From Bacillales bacterium (GTDB lineage Bacteria; Bacillota_I; Bacilli_A; Izemoplasmatales; UBA1188), in assembly GCA_016287865.1 (NCBI GenBank), contig JAEEXP010000002.1, positions 7,859 through 71,858 on the forward strand: a DNA stretch of 64,000 bases. Reading direction: 5' to 3'. This document shows, in pieces, positions 47,590 to 60,000 of this stretch. The notes under the pieces are model-generated. The model had not been told where the DNA came from, searched no databases, and saw only the letters and a program-made list of their open reading frames with translations. The position numbers and the translations under genes were made by a program. Each line of letters starts with the position of its first letter. Position 1 is the stretch's first letter.

Positions 47590-50500
47590 TGAAAAAGATA
47601 TTAATCTATTTAAGTTTACTTTTATCATTAGTATTCTTAACTTCATGCGCTAAATATACATATAAAATTGATCAAGAGAAGATCTACATTAGAGATGGAA
47701 TGACTCTAGATATTTCAAACGATAAGAATATATCTTATAAAGTATTGAGTAAAATAGATGGAGTATCTATTAATGGGTCTACTATAACTATCTCTGATTC
47801 AGTTAAAAATGGTACACAAATCCTTATTGGACTTTTTAATAAGGATACTTTTATTGCGACTATGATTGGTGAAGTTAAAAAAGATATAGCTAATCCAGTC
47901 ATTTCATTTACTAATTTAAGTAATAATGTAAAAGACGGAGATGATATTAAAGCTTCATCATCTCCAGTTATGTCTATAACTTATAGTTTAAAGAATAACC
48001 CAGTGGGTATTCTAATAAATTCTTCTAGTGGTACACTTCATTTCCTTGATAGTGTTATAGAAGGCACTAAATTTACTGTTATCGCTAGCGCTGGTGGCGC
48101 AACTATTGAAAAAGAATTTATCTACGCCAAAGAAAACCTAGTTACTATAAAAGAAGGAAAAGAAAAATTAATCGTTAGTTCAGATGATCCATTTGAACTT
48201 GAAGTATCTTTAGATTTTAAAGGCAATACTGAAGCGATTAATGAAGGAATACTCGCAGTAGAACTTAACGGAAAAAAACTTAATCAAAGTGAATATTCAT
48301 TTATTTCTGATGATCAAACATTAGTTATTAGTGGTAATTCATTTAAGAATCTTCCACTAGGATTTAATAAATTAAATATTGTGACTTTAAGAAACTCTAT
48401 CGAAGGAGAAGTTCTTGTCGCACACTTTATCTCAACCCCAGAAGATTTAGCTAATATTAATAATACTATTGAATCACTTAATTCATATTATGTCTTAAGC
48501 GCAGATATAGATCTTAAAGATTATTTAAGTAAAGGTTCTAAGGGTTATAACGCTGGAAAAGGATGGAATCCAATTGGTCTTTATAAAGACACAACTGATT
48601 CAAGCGCAACTGAATATGCATTTGGTGGTTATTTCGATGGAAATGGACACACTATATCTAATTTATATATTAATAGAAATGATGAAAGAGGATTTAACTC
48701 TGGACTTTTTGGTTATACCACAGTTAATTCTGTGATTATGAACTTAAATGTATCTTCAGATAAAGATCAAACTTATAAGGTTTGTAGTTATTCTGGAGGA
48801 CTAGTTGGTGCAAATAACGGTACTATTTTAAATTGTAGTGCTGATGTAGATATCACAGCTGATGATGCACATAAAGTTTTAGGCGGATTTGTTGGACGTA
48901 ATGAAGGCACCATTAGAAACTCATACTCTATAGGCGCTGTTTATTCATCTAATCAAGCTGGTGGCTTTGCTGGTCTTGATATGGGTTTAATTGAAAACTC
49001 ATATTCAATTCATTCTGACCTACTCTTTGATTCAACTGGAGTAAGTGATAAAAATTATGTGTTTGAATCAAAAGAGTTATTACTTGCATCAGGATTTACT
49101 ACACTTAATTATCCATGGATATTAAGAATAAATGATTATCCATATATTGAGTCAGTAATCGTAAATAACTCAATTAAAGATATAAAAGTATTAAATCAAG
49201 AGTTATATGTCACAAAAGGTGACACATTTAAAGTAGAAATAGAAGCTATCCCTAAAATAGTAGACACTATCTACACTAAAGAATTTGAAATAATTGAAGG
49301 TAATGGTGTAACTATTAATGATCAAGGAATAGTTTCTACAACTCAAGCCCAAGATGACTATTTTAAAGTAAAAGTTAAAATGGGTAATATTGAAAAAATA
49401 ATAAAAGTAAATGTCTATCAAAAACCTAAATCAATCAATTTTAGGGATACTCAAGAATACACAGTGTCCGCAGGTGATTATATTAAACTTGATGGATATG
49501 TGCTACCAGAAAAAGCTCTTCAAGATATTAGATATCAAATAACGTCACCTCTTCCAGGAGTTAGAATGTATAGCGATGACGTTATTGAAATTAAAAGAGA
49601 TGCCTCTTCAGGAACATTTGAAGTAACAGCTTATGCTAGAGATATCACAAAAACTATCACTATTAATGTAATTGGTTTTGAAACATTTATAGATTCTACT
49701 AAATATTTATTAAGTGATAGAGAAGAAAATGTAGTATTCACTCTTCCAAGTGGCGCGACAAGTGAATTAGTCACAGTTAAAGCTTACTCAAAAGTTGTTG
49801 AATACACAGTTGATGGTGATAACGTAACTATCACATCAACTTGGCTTAAAGAATTATATGGTGAGAGAATCCCTATTGATTTCGTTACTAAAACTAAAAC
49901 TTATACGGGTGAGGTTAGAGTGTTAAAGAATCAATATGAATCATTCTATACAGTTTATCCAAGAAATACTTTTAAAACATTCCCTAATAATACCTATAGT
50001 ATTGGCAGTGACTTTAGTGAAGATATCAAGTTTACTCTTCCTGATACCTTTGATACTTCAAAGATTAAGAGTATCAAGAGATACTATGATGAAATAGAAA
50101 GTTCTATAGAAGGATTTAATCTCACACTTAGATATAATGACTTTAAGGATTTCACAAATAGTGCTGTCCCTGTAGTTATTACACTTGATGATGATACTAA
50201 ATATTTACTTGAAGTAAATGTATATAGTGATTCAATTAGTTCATTCTATTACTTATCAAGAAATAAAGATATTATCTTTAGTGGTCAATCACTAGTAAAA
50301 GAAACTGATGAATTGAATAATATTGAACTAGTAGTTGGTGGTGATATAAAAGATATCAAGTTATACTATGAATCAATTAACTATAGTAAAACTTCAAATA
50401 AAATAATAATCGATTTAAGCAATAAGAATTTAGATAAATTTAAAAAGATTCCTTTAGTAATTACTGCGTCAGATAATTCAAGAGTTGGATATTCTTTAAT

Positions 50501-51086
50501 TATCGTAGATGATAAAGAAGAGGATATTATTATTTCTTCAAAAGAAGAATTTATTGAATTTAAGAATGACCACAGTAATTATTCAAAGAATATAGTACTT
50601 ATTAATGATATAGATTTTGAAGGAATGTCTCTTTCGTCTATTGGGAGTAATAAAGATGGTGGAGAGTTCACTGGAAAATTCTTTGGAAATGGATACGCAC
50701 TTAAAAACTTAAACATCACAAGAAATGATTTCTCTGGAGAATATATGTCTGAAGGAGAACTTAAAGGTGATGAGACAGTTAATAAATACCATTCATCATA
50801 TTACGTTGTAGGATTATTCTCAGTACTTAAAGGAGAATTATATGATCTTACACTAGAAAATGTAAATGTATGTCCAACATTTAATTCAACTAAAACTGGA
50901 AACTATGTTGGTATAATTAGTGGAAAACTAGAAGGTAAAGCAATAAATATTAATTTAATAAACTGTAATTCTGACGCTGCGGCAGACGGTAGCCAAAGAG
51001 TAGTAGGAATTATATATGCTACATCATCAGCTGATGCAGTGTATGAAGTTATTTATAATGGACAACTCATACAAGGAGGAAAATAA
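47589..51086 (+). CDS. Large surface lipoprotein with Ig-like and two GLUG-type beta-helix modules
   Basis: Lipobox LTSC; YVLSADIDL...FDGNGHTISNL...GGLVG.N.G; second NDIDF...FTGKFFGNG module. Confidence 0.75.
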   Translation: MKKILIYLSLLLSLVFLTSCAKYTYKIDQEKIYIRDGMTLDISNDKNISYKVLSKIDGVSINGSTITISDSVKNGTQILIGLFNKDTFIATMIGEVKKDIANPVISFTNLSNNVKDGDDIKASSSPVMSITYSLKNNPVGILINSSSGTLHFLDSVIEGTKFTVIASAGGATIEKEFIYAKENLVTIKEGKEKLIVSSDDPFELEVSLDFKGNTEAINEGILAVELNGKKLNQSEYSFISDDQTLVISGNSFKNLPLGFNKLNIVTLRNSIEGEVLVAHFISTPEDLANINNTIESLNSYYVLSADIDLKDYLSKGSKGYNAGKGWNPIGLYKDTTDSSATEYAFGGYFDGNGHTISNLYINRNDERGFNSGLFGYTTVNSVIMNLNVSSDKDQTYKVCSYSGGLVGANNGTILNCSADVDITADDAHKVLGGFVGRNEGTIRNSYSIGAVYSSNQAGGFAGLDMGLIENSYSIHSDLLFDSTGVSDKNYVFESKELLLASGFTTLNYPWILRINDYPYIESVIVNNSIKDIKVLNQELYVTKGDTFKVEIEAIPKIVDTIYTKEFEIIEGNGVTINDQGIVSTTQAQDDYFKVKVKMGNIEKIIKVNVYQKPKSINFRDTQEYTVSAGDYIKLDGYVLPEKALQDIRYQITSPLPGVRMYSDDVIEIKRDASSGTFEVTAYARDITKTITINVIGFETFIDSTKYLLSDREENVVFTLPSGATSELVTVKAYSKVVEYTVDGDNVTITSTWLKELYGERIPIDFVTKTKTYTGEVRVLKNQYESFYTVYPRNTFKTFPNNTYSIGSDFSEDIKFTLPDTFDTSKIKSIKRYYDEIESSIEGFNLTLRYNDFKDFTNSAVPVVITLDDDTKYLLEVNVYSDSISSFYYLSRNKDIIFSGQSLVKETDELNNIELVVGGDIKDIKLYYESINYSKTSNKIIIDLSNKNLDKFKKIPLVITASDNSRVGYSLIIVDDKEEDIIISSKEEFIEFKNDHSNYSKNIVLINDIDFEGMSLSSIGSNKDGGEFTGKFFGNGYALKNLNITRNDFSGEYMSEGELKGDETVNKYHSSYYVVGLFSVLKGELYDLTLENVNVCPTFNSTKTGNYVGIISGKLEGKAININLINCNSDAAADGSQRVVGIIYATSSADAVYEVIYNGQLIQGGK

Positions 51087-51087
51087 A

Positions 51088-52218
51088 ATGGTAGGAAAAA
51101 ATCAATCATACGCAAGACAAGTAAATAATCAATTAGTAATGAGAGAACTAAGAAAGTCTAATCTATCCGCAACTCAATTAAGCGAAAGATTAAACTTATC
51201 TAATGCTGCATTAAGCGCAATTATCTCATCACTACTTGAAAGGGGATTAATTAAGGTAGTAAAAGATGAACCTAATAAGAATGTAGGACGTCATAGAGTT
51301 TACTATACAATCAATGAATCATTTGGAATTATCCTCGTTGTATCATTATCAAATCTTTATTCAACTGTGGTTATTTCAGATATGAAGAATAATATCCTTG
51401 AAAGAGTTGAATCAAGAATTAATAAATATGACATCAAGATGTTATATGAACTTGTTCTTCAAATTAAAAACATTCTCTCTGACCAAAAATATAGAGATGT
51501 CCCACTTTTAGGTATTGATATTTCTGTACCAGGCTTAGTTGATAAGAGTACTGGAAAACTCCAACTCTCAAATCAATTTGATAAAGACTTATTCAGCGAA
51601 AAAGAACCTATCGTATCACTTTTTGAACGTCAATTTGATGTCCCAGTTAAAATCACGAATGATATTAACCTTGCCTGTCTTGGTGAGATGCATCAAGGCT
51701 CACTCATTGACTCTCAAAACGGAATGCTTGTTCATATTGATGAAGGTATTGGTTCTGCATTCATTTTAAATGGTGAACTATATGAAGGCGAAGATGGATT
51801 TGCTGGAGAAATTGGTAGAATGCAAATTGGACTTAGAAATAAGATTGGCGTTTTAGATGATTTCGCATCTATCAGAGCTATTAAAAATATTGCAAAAGAA
51901 AAGTATGGAAAAGAGTTCCATACTAAAGAAATAATTGAATTATTTAATAGTGATAAAGAAATAAAAGAATATATCCTTGAAACAGCTTATGCACTCGGAA
52001 TACTTCTTGGAAATATTGAACAATTATTAAATATTAAAAAGATTGTTCTTTCAGGCCGTGTAACATTATTCGGTAAAGAATACTTAGCTAAAGTTCAAGA
52101 AGGACTCAAAGAAAGAGGCACTAAGTCAACCATAGAATTTAGTACTTTAAATGATGCATCTATAATTGGTGCAATTTATAAAGCCACTATAGCTCTCACA
52201 GATAAAATATTAAGTTAA
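51088..52218 (+). CDS. ROK family transcriptional repressor (NagC/XylR-like)
   Basis: N-terminal HTH (SATQLSERLNLSNAALS, GR), ISVPG.VD, TNDIN, GIGSA, AGEIG. Confidence 0.88.
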   Translation: MVGKNQSYARQVNNQLVMRELRKSNLSATQLSERLNLSNAALSAIISSLLERGLIKVVKDEPNKNVGRHRVYYTINESFGIILVVSLSNLYSTVVISDMKNNILERVESRINKYDIKMLYELVLQIKNILSDQKYRDVPLLGIDISVPGLVDKSTGKLQLSNQFDKDLFSEKEPIVSLFERQFDVPVKITNDINLACLGEMHQGSLIDSQNGMLVHIDEGIGSAFILNGELYEGEDGFAGEIGRMQIGLRNKIGVLDDFASIRAIKNIAKEKYGKEFHTKEIIELFNSDKEIKEYILETAYALGILLGNIEQLLNIKKIVLSGRVTLFGKEYLAKVQEGLKERGTKSTIEFSTLNDASIIGAIYKATIALTDKILS

Positions 52219-52238
52219 ATATTACAAGGAGAATAGTT

Positions 52239-55200
52239 ATGAAAAAGAAATCTTTATTATTATCCTTATTATTAATAGTATTTTTAGGTTTAACTCTTAC
52301 TGCATGTAAGACTAAAACTAAATCAAACATAACAACTACTAAGAAAAATCCTAGTAGTAGTTTAACTGAGTCAACTAAAAATACATCTAGTAAAGATACT
52401 ACTAAATCAAGTAGTAACACTACTAAACAAACTGAAAAACCTACAGAAAAACCTACAGAAACTACTAAGGTTCCAGCGAAGAAGCTTCAAGCTCCATTCC
52501 TTTCTCTTGAAAGAAGTATTGTGACCATCACTGGTAGTGAAGATGCTTTAAAGTTTAAGGTTTATATAAACGATCAAGTAGTTGAAGAAGAATTAGCTCA
52601 AAGAGCTTACGCAATTAATATAACTACACCAGGCACATATCTAATATACGTTATTGCGCTTGGTGATAATATAACTACACTTGATAGTGATAAATCAAAC
52701 ACTATCACTTATGTAGTAGAAGAACCTCCAATTGAAACAATAGAGTTAAGAGCTCCATCAATTGTGCTCAATGAACTATTAGGTAAGGTTACTTGGGAGG
52801 CTGTTAGTAACGCAACTGCTTATCAATTATATATTAATGATGAAATAGCAGGAACTCCAATGACTCAAACTGAGTTTGATCTATCAAATATCTTCATTGA
52901 AGGCACTTATAAAATTAAAGTTAAAGCATTAGGAGATGGTGCTTTCTATACAGATAGTAATTTCTCTAATGAAGTTACCTATGTATTACAAAATGTAACA
53001 TATGATTCTTTAGTAGTGACTGGCACTTTAAAGAAATCTACATATATAGCAAATGTAGACACAGAAATTGACTTAACTGGTTTAGTATTTAAAGCAGTTT
53101 ATAGCGATGGTGAACCAGCAGTATTAGATTATATGGACCTAACAGTGTCTGAGATTGACTTCACTACTGCAGGAGAAAAGACTGTGACTATTTCATACAG
53201 TGAAATGGGTGAAACTCATAGCACTGAGATAACTATTACAGTAGTAATTCAAAAAGCAGTTTCAAGCATTGAAATTTCTGTTGCTCCAACAGCTAAGACT
53301 GAGTACAGAGTTGGTGATGCGGCTTTAAAACTTGCTGGTATTACAATCACTGTAAAATACAATACTGGTACTCAAGATACTAATATCGCAGTTACAAAAG
53401 ATATGATTGATGATTCATCATATGCATTAGATACAATCGGTCTTTATCATGTTAAAGTAACTTATGCTGATAAGAGTAATACATTTGATATTAGAGTTGT
53501 AGAAGGTGATCCAACACTAGATAGTCTTAAAGTTGAAGGAACACTTACTAAAAATACATTTAATGTAAATCATGTATTAGAACTTAATGACTTAAGTGGT
53601 ATTTCACTTAGCGCTATTTATAGCGATAATTCTGAAGTTCCACTAACTTTATCACTTGAAATGGTTGAGTATGATTTTACTGAACTTGGCGAAAGAGATA
53701 TTACTATCTCATATCAAACAGTCTCTACAAAAATAACTGTAACAATTATAGACTATGTTACAGGTATTCAAGTAGTATCTAAGAGTGGTAATACGTATAA
53801 ATATGATGTGAGTTCAACAAATGGAAATTTCTTAATAGACAATACTATTTATAAGACTTGGGCAGTTGGAACTCCAACACAACTTGCATTTACTGAATGG
53901 GAGGATTTATCATTTACAAGTTTAACTCCAGGTCACAGAGAAATAACATTCACATTTGGTGAATTTGAAACAAAACAAACTTATGATTTAACATATATAA
54001 TCACTCAAGCTTCTGAATGGAATATGTTAAACACATATCCTGATGGATATTTTGAACTTGGCAATGATATTGATTTTAAGTCAGATACATCAATATCTAA
54101 GATGATTGGTCTTGCACCAATGGTATTTAATTCATCTGCTGAAGACTATTATTTTGATGGTGAAGGAAATGGTGAAGCATCTGCTCAAATTGGTGTAGCT
54201 TTTACTGGTAAGTTTGATGGTAAAGGTTATAAACTATTAAACTTCAAATATAGACCAGAATCAACTCATGACGTTGATGCTTATGGAGTTGGTTTATTTG
54301 GCTTTATTGGAGCTGATGCTATAGTAACTAACTTCACACTTAAAGGTGCTGACATCAAGGGATGGCAAAGATTTAGCTTTATTGCTGGTATGCTTGAAGG
54401 AACATTAAGTGATGTATTAATTGATGAAGATTGTTCAATTAAATCGGATGGTGGCTCGTGGGCATCTATGAGTGTTGTTGCATTTAAGCGTGGTGCTGGC
54501 ATTATGAATAATGTTATATGTCTTCAAATAGAAGCTACACATAATTCAGGCACAAAAGAAGTAACACTCACAGGTCAATCATATGGTGATGATAAGATTG
54601 TTGATTCATTCGTTGATTCAAAATATGTAACTGAAATAGTATCAGTACAAAATGTTAATATTGAAGTTGTTCAAAATCAAACAATTGATTTAAGCACAAT
54701 TATTTTAAATGTTAAATACATTAATGGTACAACTGGCACTGTTAATCCTACTAGTTATACTGGACTTGATGCTGGTCTTCTTGGTACTCAAACCATAACA
54801 TTTAGCTATACATCTTCACACGTTACTGACCCACTAACTATTGATGTAACTATAACAGTAATTTCAGGACAAAAGACTTTAAAAATAACTGCAAAAGACG
54901 AAAGCGCAATTGTGTATATACCTTATAATAACGGTTGGCCAATTGATAATATTGATTGGAGCGAGTATGTTACTGCGACAGTTGGTGGATCAAGCTATCA
55001 AGTATCAGAATTAAATGCTTACCCAGAATTGTCAACAATAGAACAAGGTGTAATTTCAGTAACATTTAGTGGGTCTGCAATGACTACCGACAAGATAAAT
55101 TTGTTTGTAGCACTTGAAGTTGATTCAAAAGAAGCTTTTATGGCTATTTCTGGAAAACCATATACTCGTTTCGTATTAACTCAAGATATAGATTTTGAGG

Positions 55201-56987
55201 ATGAAGAAATTACAAATATTTTTGGAGAAGAAGTTACATTCACTGGAGAACTTGATGGAAGAGGACACAAATTATTAAATCTTAATTTATCAGGAACAAA
55301 TTGTGCCATTTTTAGAAATAATAGCGGAAAAATTATTAACCTTGAATTATATGGAAAAACATATAGTGAAGGTTATGGAGCAATGCTTGTTTTGGATAAT
55401 AATGGTGAAATAAGAAATATATACTTTGAAGGTGAAAGTAATGTAACAAATGGTGGCCCACTTGTTGCAAACAATAATCGCGGTGGTATTGTCCAAAATG
55501 CAGTATTCTATGGAAACATTATTAATGGATGTGGAGTTGCTAAATATAATGAAGGTAATGTTTCAAATGTAGTAATCGTTTACGATAAAATACCTGGAGA
55601 GGATGTCTTTGCTTTTGTTGAAAATCAACCTGGTAATAGTAATTTTGTTGAAAGGGTTTCAATACTTGAAGTAGAAGATAATATTGCGGAAGTTAGCGAA
55701 GATCTTTGGAATAAGGTGTTAAGCAAATCGCGCATAGTTCTAAGAGGAATTCGTCAATATAATCAAGGTGATTATTCACAGGCTGATCCTCATCTTGACT
55801 TAAATTATATGATTGATAATGACAATGATACATTTACTTGGCTTCCTGGTTCATCAATGGATTTATTTGCCGTCATTCAAATTGACTTAGGCCAAGCCTA
55901 TGATGCTAAAAATATTTTCATATCTATGGATGTGAATGATTATATTAAGAAATACGAAATACTCTATGCTGAACACGTTAATAACTGGATTTCAGTAGGA
56001 GAATTTGAAACAAATGAAGTAATAGTAGAAGTAAACACAAAAGTTAGATATATCAGAATTTATAAAACACTCCTAGAAATAGGAAATCTTAATTATGATG
56101 TTCGAATTCATTCTATTACTCTTAATAAAGAAACAACTAAATCATTAAGTTATGGAAATATAACTAAATATGAAGAAGGAGAAGTTGAAGGTATAGCTAA
56201 TGGTCATACAGATATTAGTTATGCAATAGATGATGACCCATCAACATTCGTCTGGTTTAAAGCTCCAGTACCTAGTGATGAAAACAAACCATATGTTGTG
56301 CTTGATCTTGGTTCGATTAAAGAAGTTACTTCTGTAGTAATTGAAATGGCTCATGCTGACCATATGGCTGATTACTTCCATAATTCTTCACTCTATTATT
56401 CAAAAGATGGAAAAGCCTGGACAAAAGTTAAAGATTCAACAGATAATATTGTTTATCATTATTTTGATTCATTTATTAAAGCGAGATACTTTAAGATTGA
56501 ATATACTGGCACAGAATCTAATGGTGGTGATTTAATCATTAGAGAATTTAAAGCTAATCTTGACTTATTACTTGTAGGCTCTAAACCATATAACACTGTA
56601 AGAGATACTGAACCATTAACATCTATCCTTTATGCGACAGATAATGATACTTCAACAAGCTTAGATCTTGATCTTGGTTCACTTTCTTTAAGCGAAAGAA
56701 CAATCATCATAGATTTACATGAACTAAAAGATATAAGTGTTATTGATCTTAAGACTATCGCACCTTGGGGTAATGAAATAGATCATGGATTCTATGTAGA
56801 AGAATCGGCTGATGGTACTACATTTGAAGACGTATCTGGTTTTATTCCAGCTTATGAATCAGGAATATATCATCTTGATCTTGGTGAAACAATTAATACA
56901 AGATTTATCAAGATTATATTTGATACAGAACATTCTTTAGGATTAACTGAAGTTAGTGTATATAACGCAACTCTTAGTAATGATTAG
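52239..56987 (+). CDS. Giant surface lipoprotein: FN3-like, bacterial Ig-like, two beta-helix modules and C-terminal F5/8 (CBM32-like) domains
   Basis: Lipobox LTAC, T/K/S linker, DLTGL...YSDG Ig repeats, NDIDF/FTGKFDG modules, AIDDDPSTF...LDLG...YSKDGKAW. Confidence 0.75.
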   Translation: MKKKSLLLSLLLIVFLGLTLTACKTKTKSNITTTKKNPSSSLTESTKNTSSKDTTKSSSNTTKQTEKPTEKPTETTKVPAKKLQAPFLSLERSIVTITGSEDALKFKVYINDQVVEEELAQRAYAINITTPGTYLIYVIALGDNITTLDSDKSNTITYVVEEPPIETIELRAPSIVLNELLGKVTWEAVSNATAYQLYINDEIAGTPMTQTEFDLSNIFIEGTYKIKVKALGDGAFYTDSNFSNEVTYVLQNVTYDSLVVTGTLKKSTYIANVDTEIDLTGLVFKAVYSDGEPAVLDYMDLTVSEIDFTTAGEKTVTISYSEMGETHSTEITITVVIQKAVSSIEISVAPTAKTEYRVGDAALKLAGITITVKYNTGTQDTNIAVTKDMIDDSSYALDTIGLYHVKVTYADKSNTFDIRVVEGDPTLDSLKVEGTLTKNTFNVNHVLELNDLSGISLSAIYSDNSEVPLTLSLEMVEYDFTELGERDITISYQTVSTKITVTIIDYVTGIQVVSKSGNTYKYDVSSTNGNFLIDNTIYKTWAVGTPTQLAFTEWEDLSFTSLTPGHREITFTFGEFETKQTYDLTYIITQASEWNMLNTYPDGYFELGNDIDFKSDTSISKMIGLAPMVFNSSAEDYYFDGEGNGEASAQIGVAFTGKFDGKGYKLLNFKYRPESTHDVDAYGVGLFGFIGADAIVTNFTLKGADIKGWQRFSFIAGMLEGTLSDVLIDEDCSIKSDGGSWASMSVVAFKRGAGIMNNVICLQIEATHNSGTKEVTLTGQSYGDDKIVDSFVDSKYVTEIVSVQNVNIEVVQNQTIDLSTIILNVKYINGTTGTVNPTSYTGLDAGLLGTQTITFSYTSSHVTDPLTIDVTITVISGQKTLKITAKDESAIVYIPYNNGWPIDNIDWSEYVTATVGGSSYQVSELNAYPELSTIEQGVISVTFSGSAMTTDKINLFVALEVDSKEAFMAISGKPYTRFVLTQDIDFEDEEITNIFGEEVTFTGELDGRGHKLLNLNLSGTNCAIFRNNSGKIINLELYGKTYSEGYGAMLVLDNNGEIRNIYFEGESNVTNGGPLVANNNRGGIVQNAVFYGNIINGCGVAKYNEGNVSNVVIVYDKIPGEDVFAFVENQPGNSNFVERVSILEVEDNIAEVSEDLWNKVLSKSRIVLRGIRQYNQGDYSQADPHLDLNYMIDNDNDTFTWLPGSSMDLFAVIQIDLGQAYDAKNIFISMDVNDYIKKYEILYAEHVNNWISVGEFETNEVIVEVNTKVRYIRIYKTLLEIGNLNYDVRIHSITLNKETTKSLSYGNITKYEEGEVEGIANGHTDISYAIDDDPSTFVWFKAPVPSDENKPYVVLDLGSIKEVTSVVIEMAHADHMADYFHNSSLYYSKDGKAWTKVKDSTDNIVYHYFDSFIKARYFKIEYTGTESNGGDLIIREFKANLDLLLVGSKPYNTVRDTEPLTSILYATDNDTSTSLDLDLGSLSLSERTIIIDLHELKDISVIDLKTIAPWGNEIDHGFYVEESADGTTFEDVSGFIPAYESGIYHLDLGETINTRFIKIIFDTEHSLGLTEVSVYNATLSND

Positions 56988-57062
56988 TGAGATTAAACTC
57001 ACACTAAATGGTACAAACAATATAATATATGAAAAAGAAAATATAAATAAAAGGAGAAAAAA

Positions 57063-60000
57063 ATGAAGAAAGGATTAAAACAATTTGCATTTATAATCTT
57101 TTCGTTAGTTGTGGCTCTCACAATGGTAGGTTGTAAGAGAAAGACTACTAAAACAGAGCCGCAAAAAACAAATACTCCACAAAGTAGTACAACTACTACT
57201 AAGAAAGGAGGAGAGAGTCAAACACAGACTCAGCCAACTCAAAAGGTTTTAAAACAATTAAATTTAAAATCTGAACCATCAAAGGCATCTATCTTTATGG
57301 ATGAACTTGATACTTCTGATCTTCTTCAAGGCGCAGTGTTTGAAGCTCAATATTCTGATGGTTCAAAGAAAACACTTAATCTTAGTGAATTAAGTGTGAC
57401 TATGCCAGAAGATGGAGTTACTCTTGGCGATAATGAAATTACTGTTTCATATGAAGAAGCCGGAGTTAAGAAGTCTTTCGTTCTTAGTATCTTCTTAAAG
57501 CTTAAAGGAAAAGAAGATGTTGAAGAATACTTAGTCTTTGCGTTTGATCAAAAAGGCGATGAAACTTTATGTCCAGTCCCATCACTACCTGAAGGAACTA
57601 AACTATATGATATGCTTGGAGAAGAAATCGTTCCAGTTGATGGAAATATTGCATATAGTGGTGCTGGTGAATTATTCCTTAAAGCTGTTACAGGCGATGA
57701 TGAAACATACGTTCTTGTTAAAGTAGGTCATTTAATCAAGACTGAAGAAGACTTTGCTAAAATCAACGAAGATTTAGATGGATATTACATTTTACATAAT
57801 GATATTATATTTGATAATTTTAAGTTATCTCCAGTCATTGGCCAAATTGCTATGATTGAAGTAGAAGGTAGCGAGGATAAATTACCAGACTTTAATGATT
57901 CATCTAACAAACCATTTAATGGAACATTTGATGGTAATGGTTTTTCTTTAATTCAATATAATTTATATGTTCCTGAAGGTGTTGCGTATCATAGTAAAGA
58001 GGCTTGGGGACTTGGTATCTTCAACTATGTAGGCGAAGAAGGAATAGTTAAAGACTTATCTTTAAAATATTGCTCAGTTGACGGCGGACAAAACACTTCA
58101 TTACTTTGTGGCGTTAATAAAGGCTATATTGAGAATATCGTAATCGAAGATTCTAACTATTTATATTCAAATTTTAATAGAGGCGCAGCTATTTCTGCAT
58201 TTAATTATGGTGTTGTTCAAAATATCATTTGTAGATTAACTAAGTTTTATGCAAAAAATGAACATACATTAGATTTACCTATTACATTATTTGAAAATAA
58301 ACCTCAAGAAATCACAAACGGCTTTATTGATAGACTTAATCATACTGAAGATTTACCTAATGGATTCAAATATTATGAAGGATTAGGTATGGCTCTTGTT
58401 AACCCATATTTCTTTGCTATAGTTAATGAATATGGATCTGAATTAAAGTTAGGCGAGAGATATGAGATTAAGATTGTTGCAAACGAGGGTATTAATCCAG
58501 TATTTGTTGTGCTTCTTAATGATGAAACAGATAGTGACTTAACTGTTGTAAAAGATGAAACTGATGGTAAGTATTACCTATCATTTGAACCTGGAGTATT
58601 AAAAGCAGATGATATGGTAACTATTCTTGCTGCTTATCCATCACTTGATTTTGAACATGGTGAAATAATAACTGTAGATATAAAAGATATTCTTGTTAAA
58701 CCTGCAGATTTAGTAAGTGTTGAACTTAAATATCCTATTAATGTAATTGAAGGATTGGATATTGATATTACAGGCGCTAAGCTTGTATTTACATATTCTG
58801 ATTCAACAACAAAAGAATTAGATGTATTACATCAAGTTGGATTCGATAAGACAAAAGGTGTTGGAGCTCAAACTATTAAATTATTCTATGGTGAAGCTCA
58901 AGATTTATTTGTAGAATGTGAAGTTAATATTGTAGCAAAAGAAGCTACTGGAATTGAAGTTAGAAAAACTGAAGCAGCTAAAGCTTCTTATCAAAAAGAT
59001 GAAACATTATCTCTTGAAGGTTATACAGTAGTTGTTAAATATAACAATAATACTGAATCAGAACCAATTGCTTTAACATCTCAAATGATTGATCAAACAT
59101 CGTATGATATGTCAGAGGCTGGAGAATATAATGTTAAGGTAACATATGAAGGTTTTGATGCAACATTCAAAATTGTAGTTACAGAAGTTAGTCTTACAGA
59201 TATTAATATCACTGGTAACTTACTAAAAGATACATATAAATATGGTGATACATTAACTGCTGCTGATTTTACATCAGTAACAGTTGAAGCAATTTATTCT
59301 GATAACTCAGTTGTACCTTTATCATTTACTGATTATTCATTATCATATGATTTTAATAAAGTAGGCTCTGCAGATGTTAGAATTGCTTATAATGGTATTT
59401 CAAAAAATGTGTTCACAGTTACCGTAGAAGACTATGAAAAGAGCCTTTCAGTTGAATTTAATGAACTTGGTGAAAATGATAAATTTATCTATGATATCGC
59501 AAATAAAACTGATAACTTTAAAGACTTCTTTAAATCAGTTAAAGTTATCATGGCATCTGGCGCTTTAAATGAATTAACTGGTTCTGACTTAGATTTAGTA
59601 AAGCCAGTAGGATTAAAATCTGGTGCTTGCCAACTTGGATTCAAACTTGTAGATTCTGTAGCTCATGAAACAATAGTAGAAACTGAAAATAAGGTTGATG
59701 TAGAAGTATGGTATCAAGTTACAACTCAAGCACAATTCTTCGCAATTGCTGATAATATGGCAGGTTATTACTTATTAGGTAATGATATTGCATTTGAAGG
59801 TTGGAGACTTCCAATTGGTGTGGTACCATTAAGAGCAAAATCGGGTGATAATTATCCGTTTGATGGCGAAGGCTATGGTTCTGCTGAAGGACAAATTGGT
59901 ATTCCATTTACTGGTAAATTTGATGGACAAAACCACACATTATCTAATGTAAAGATTAATGTTGATGGATATGCTGCTTATGGTGTTGCAATATTTGGTT

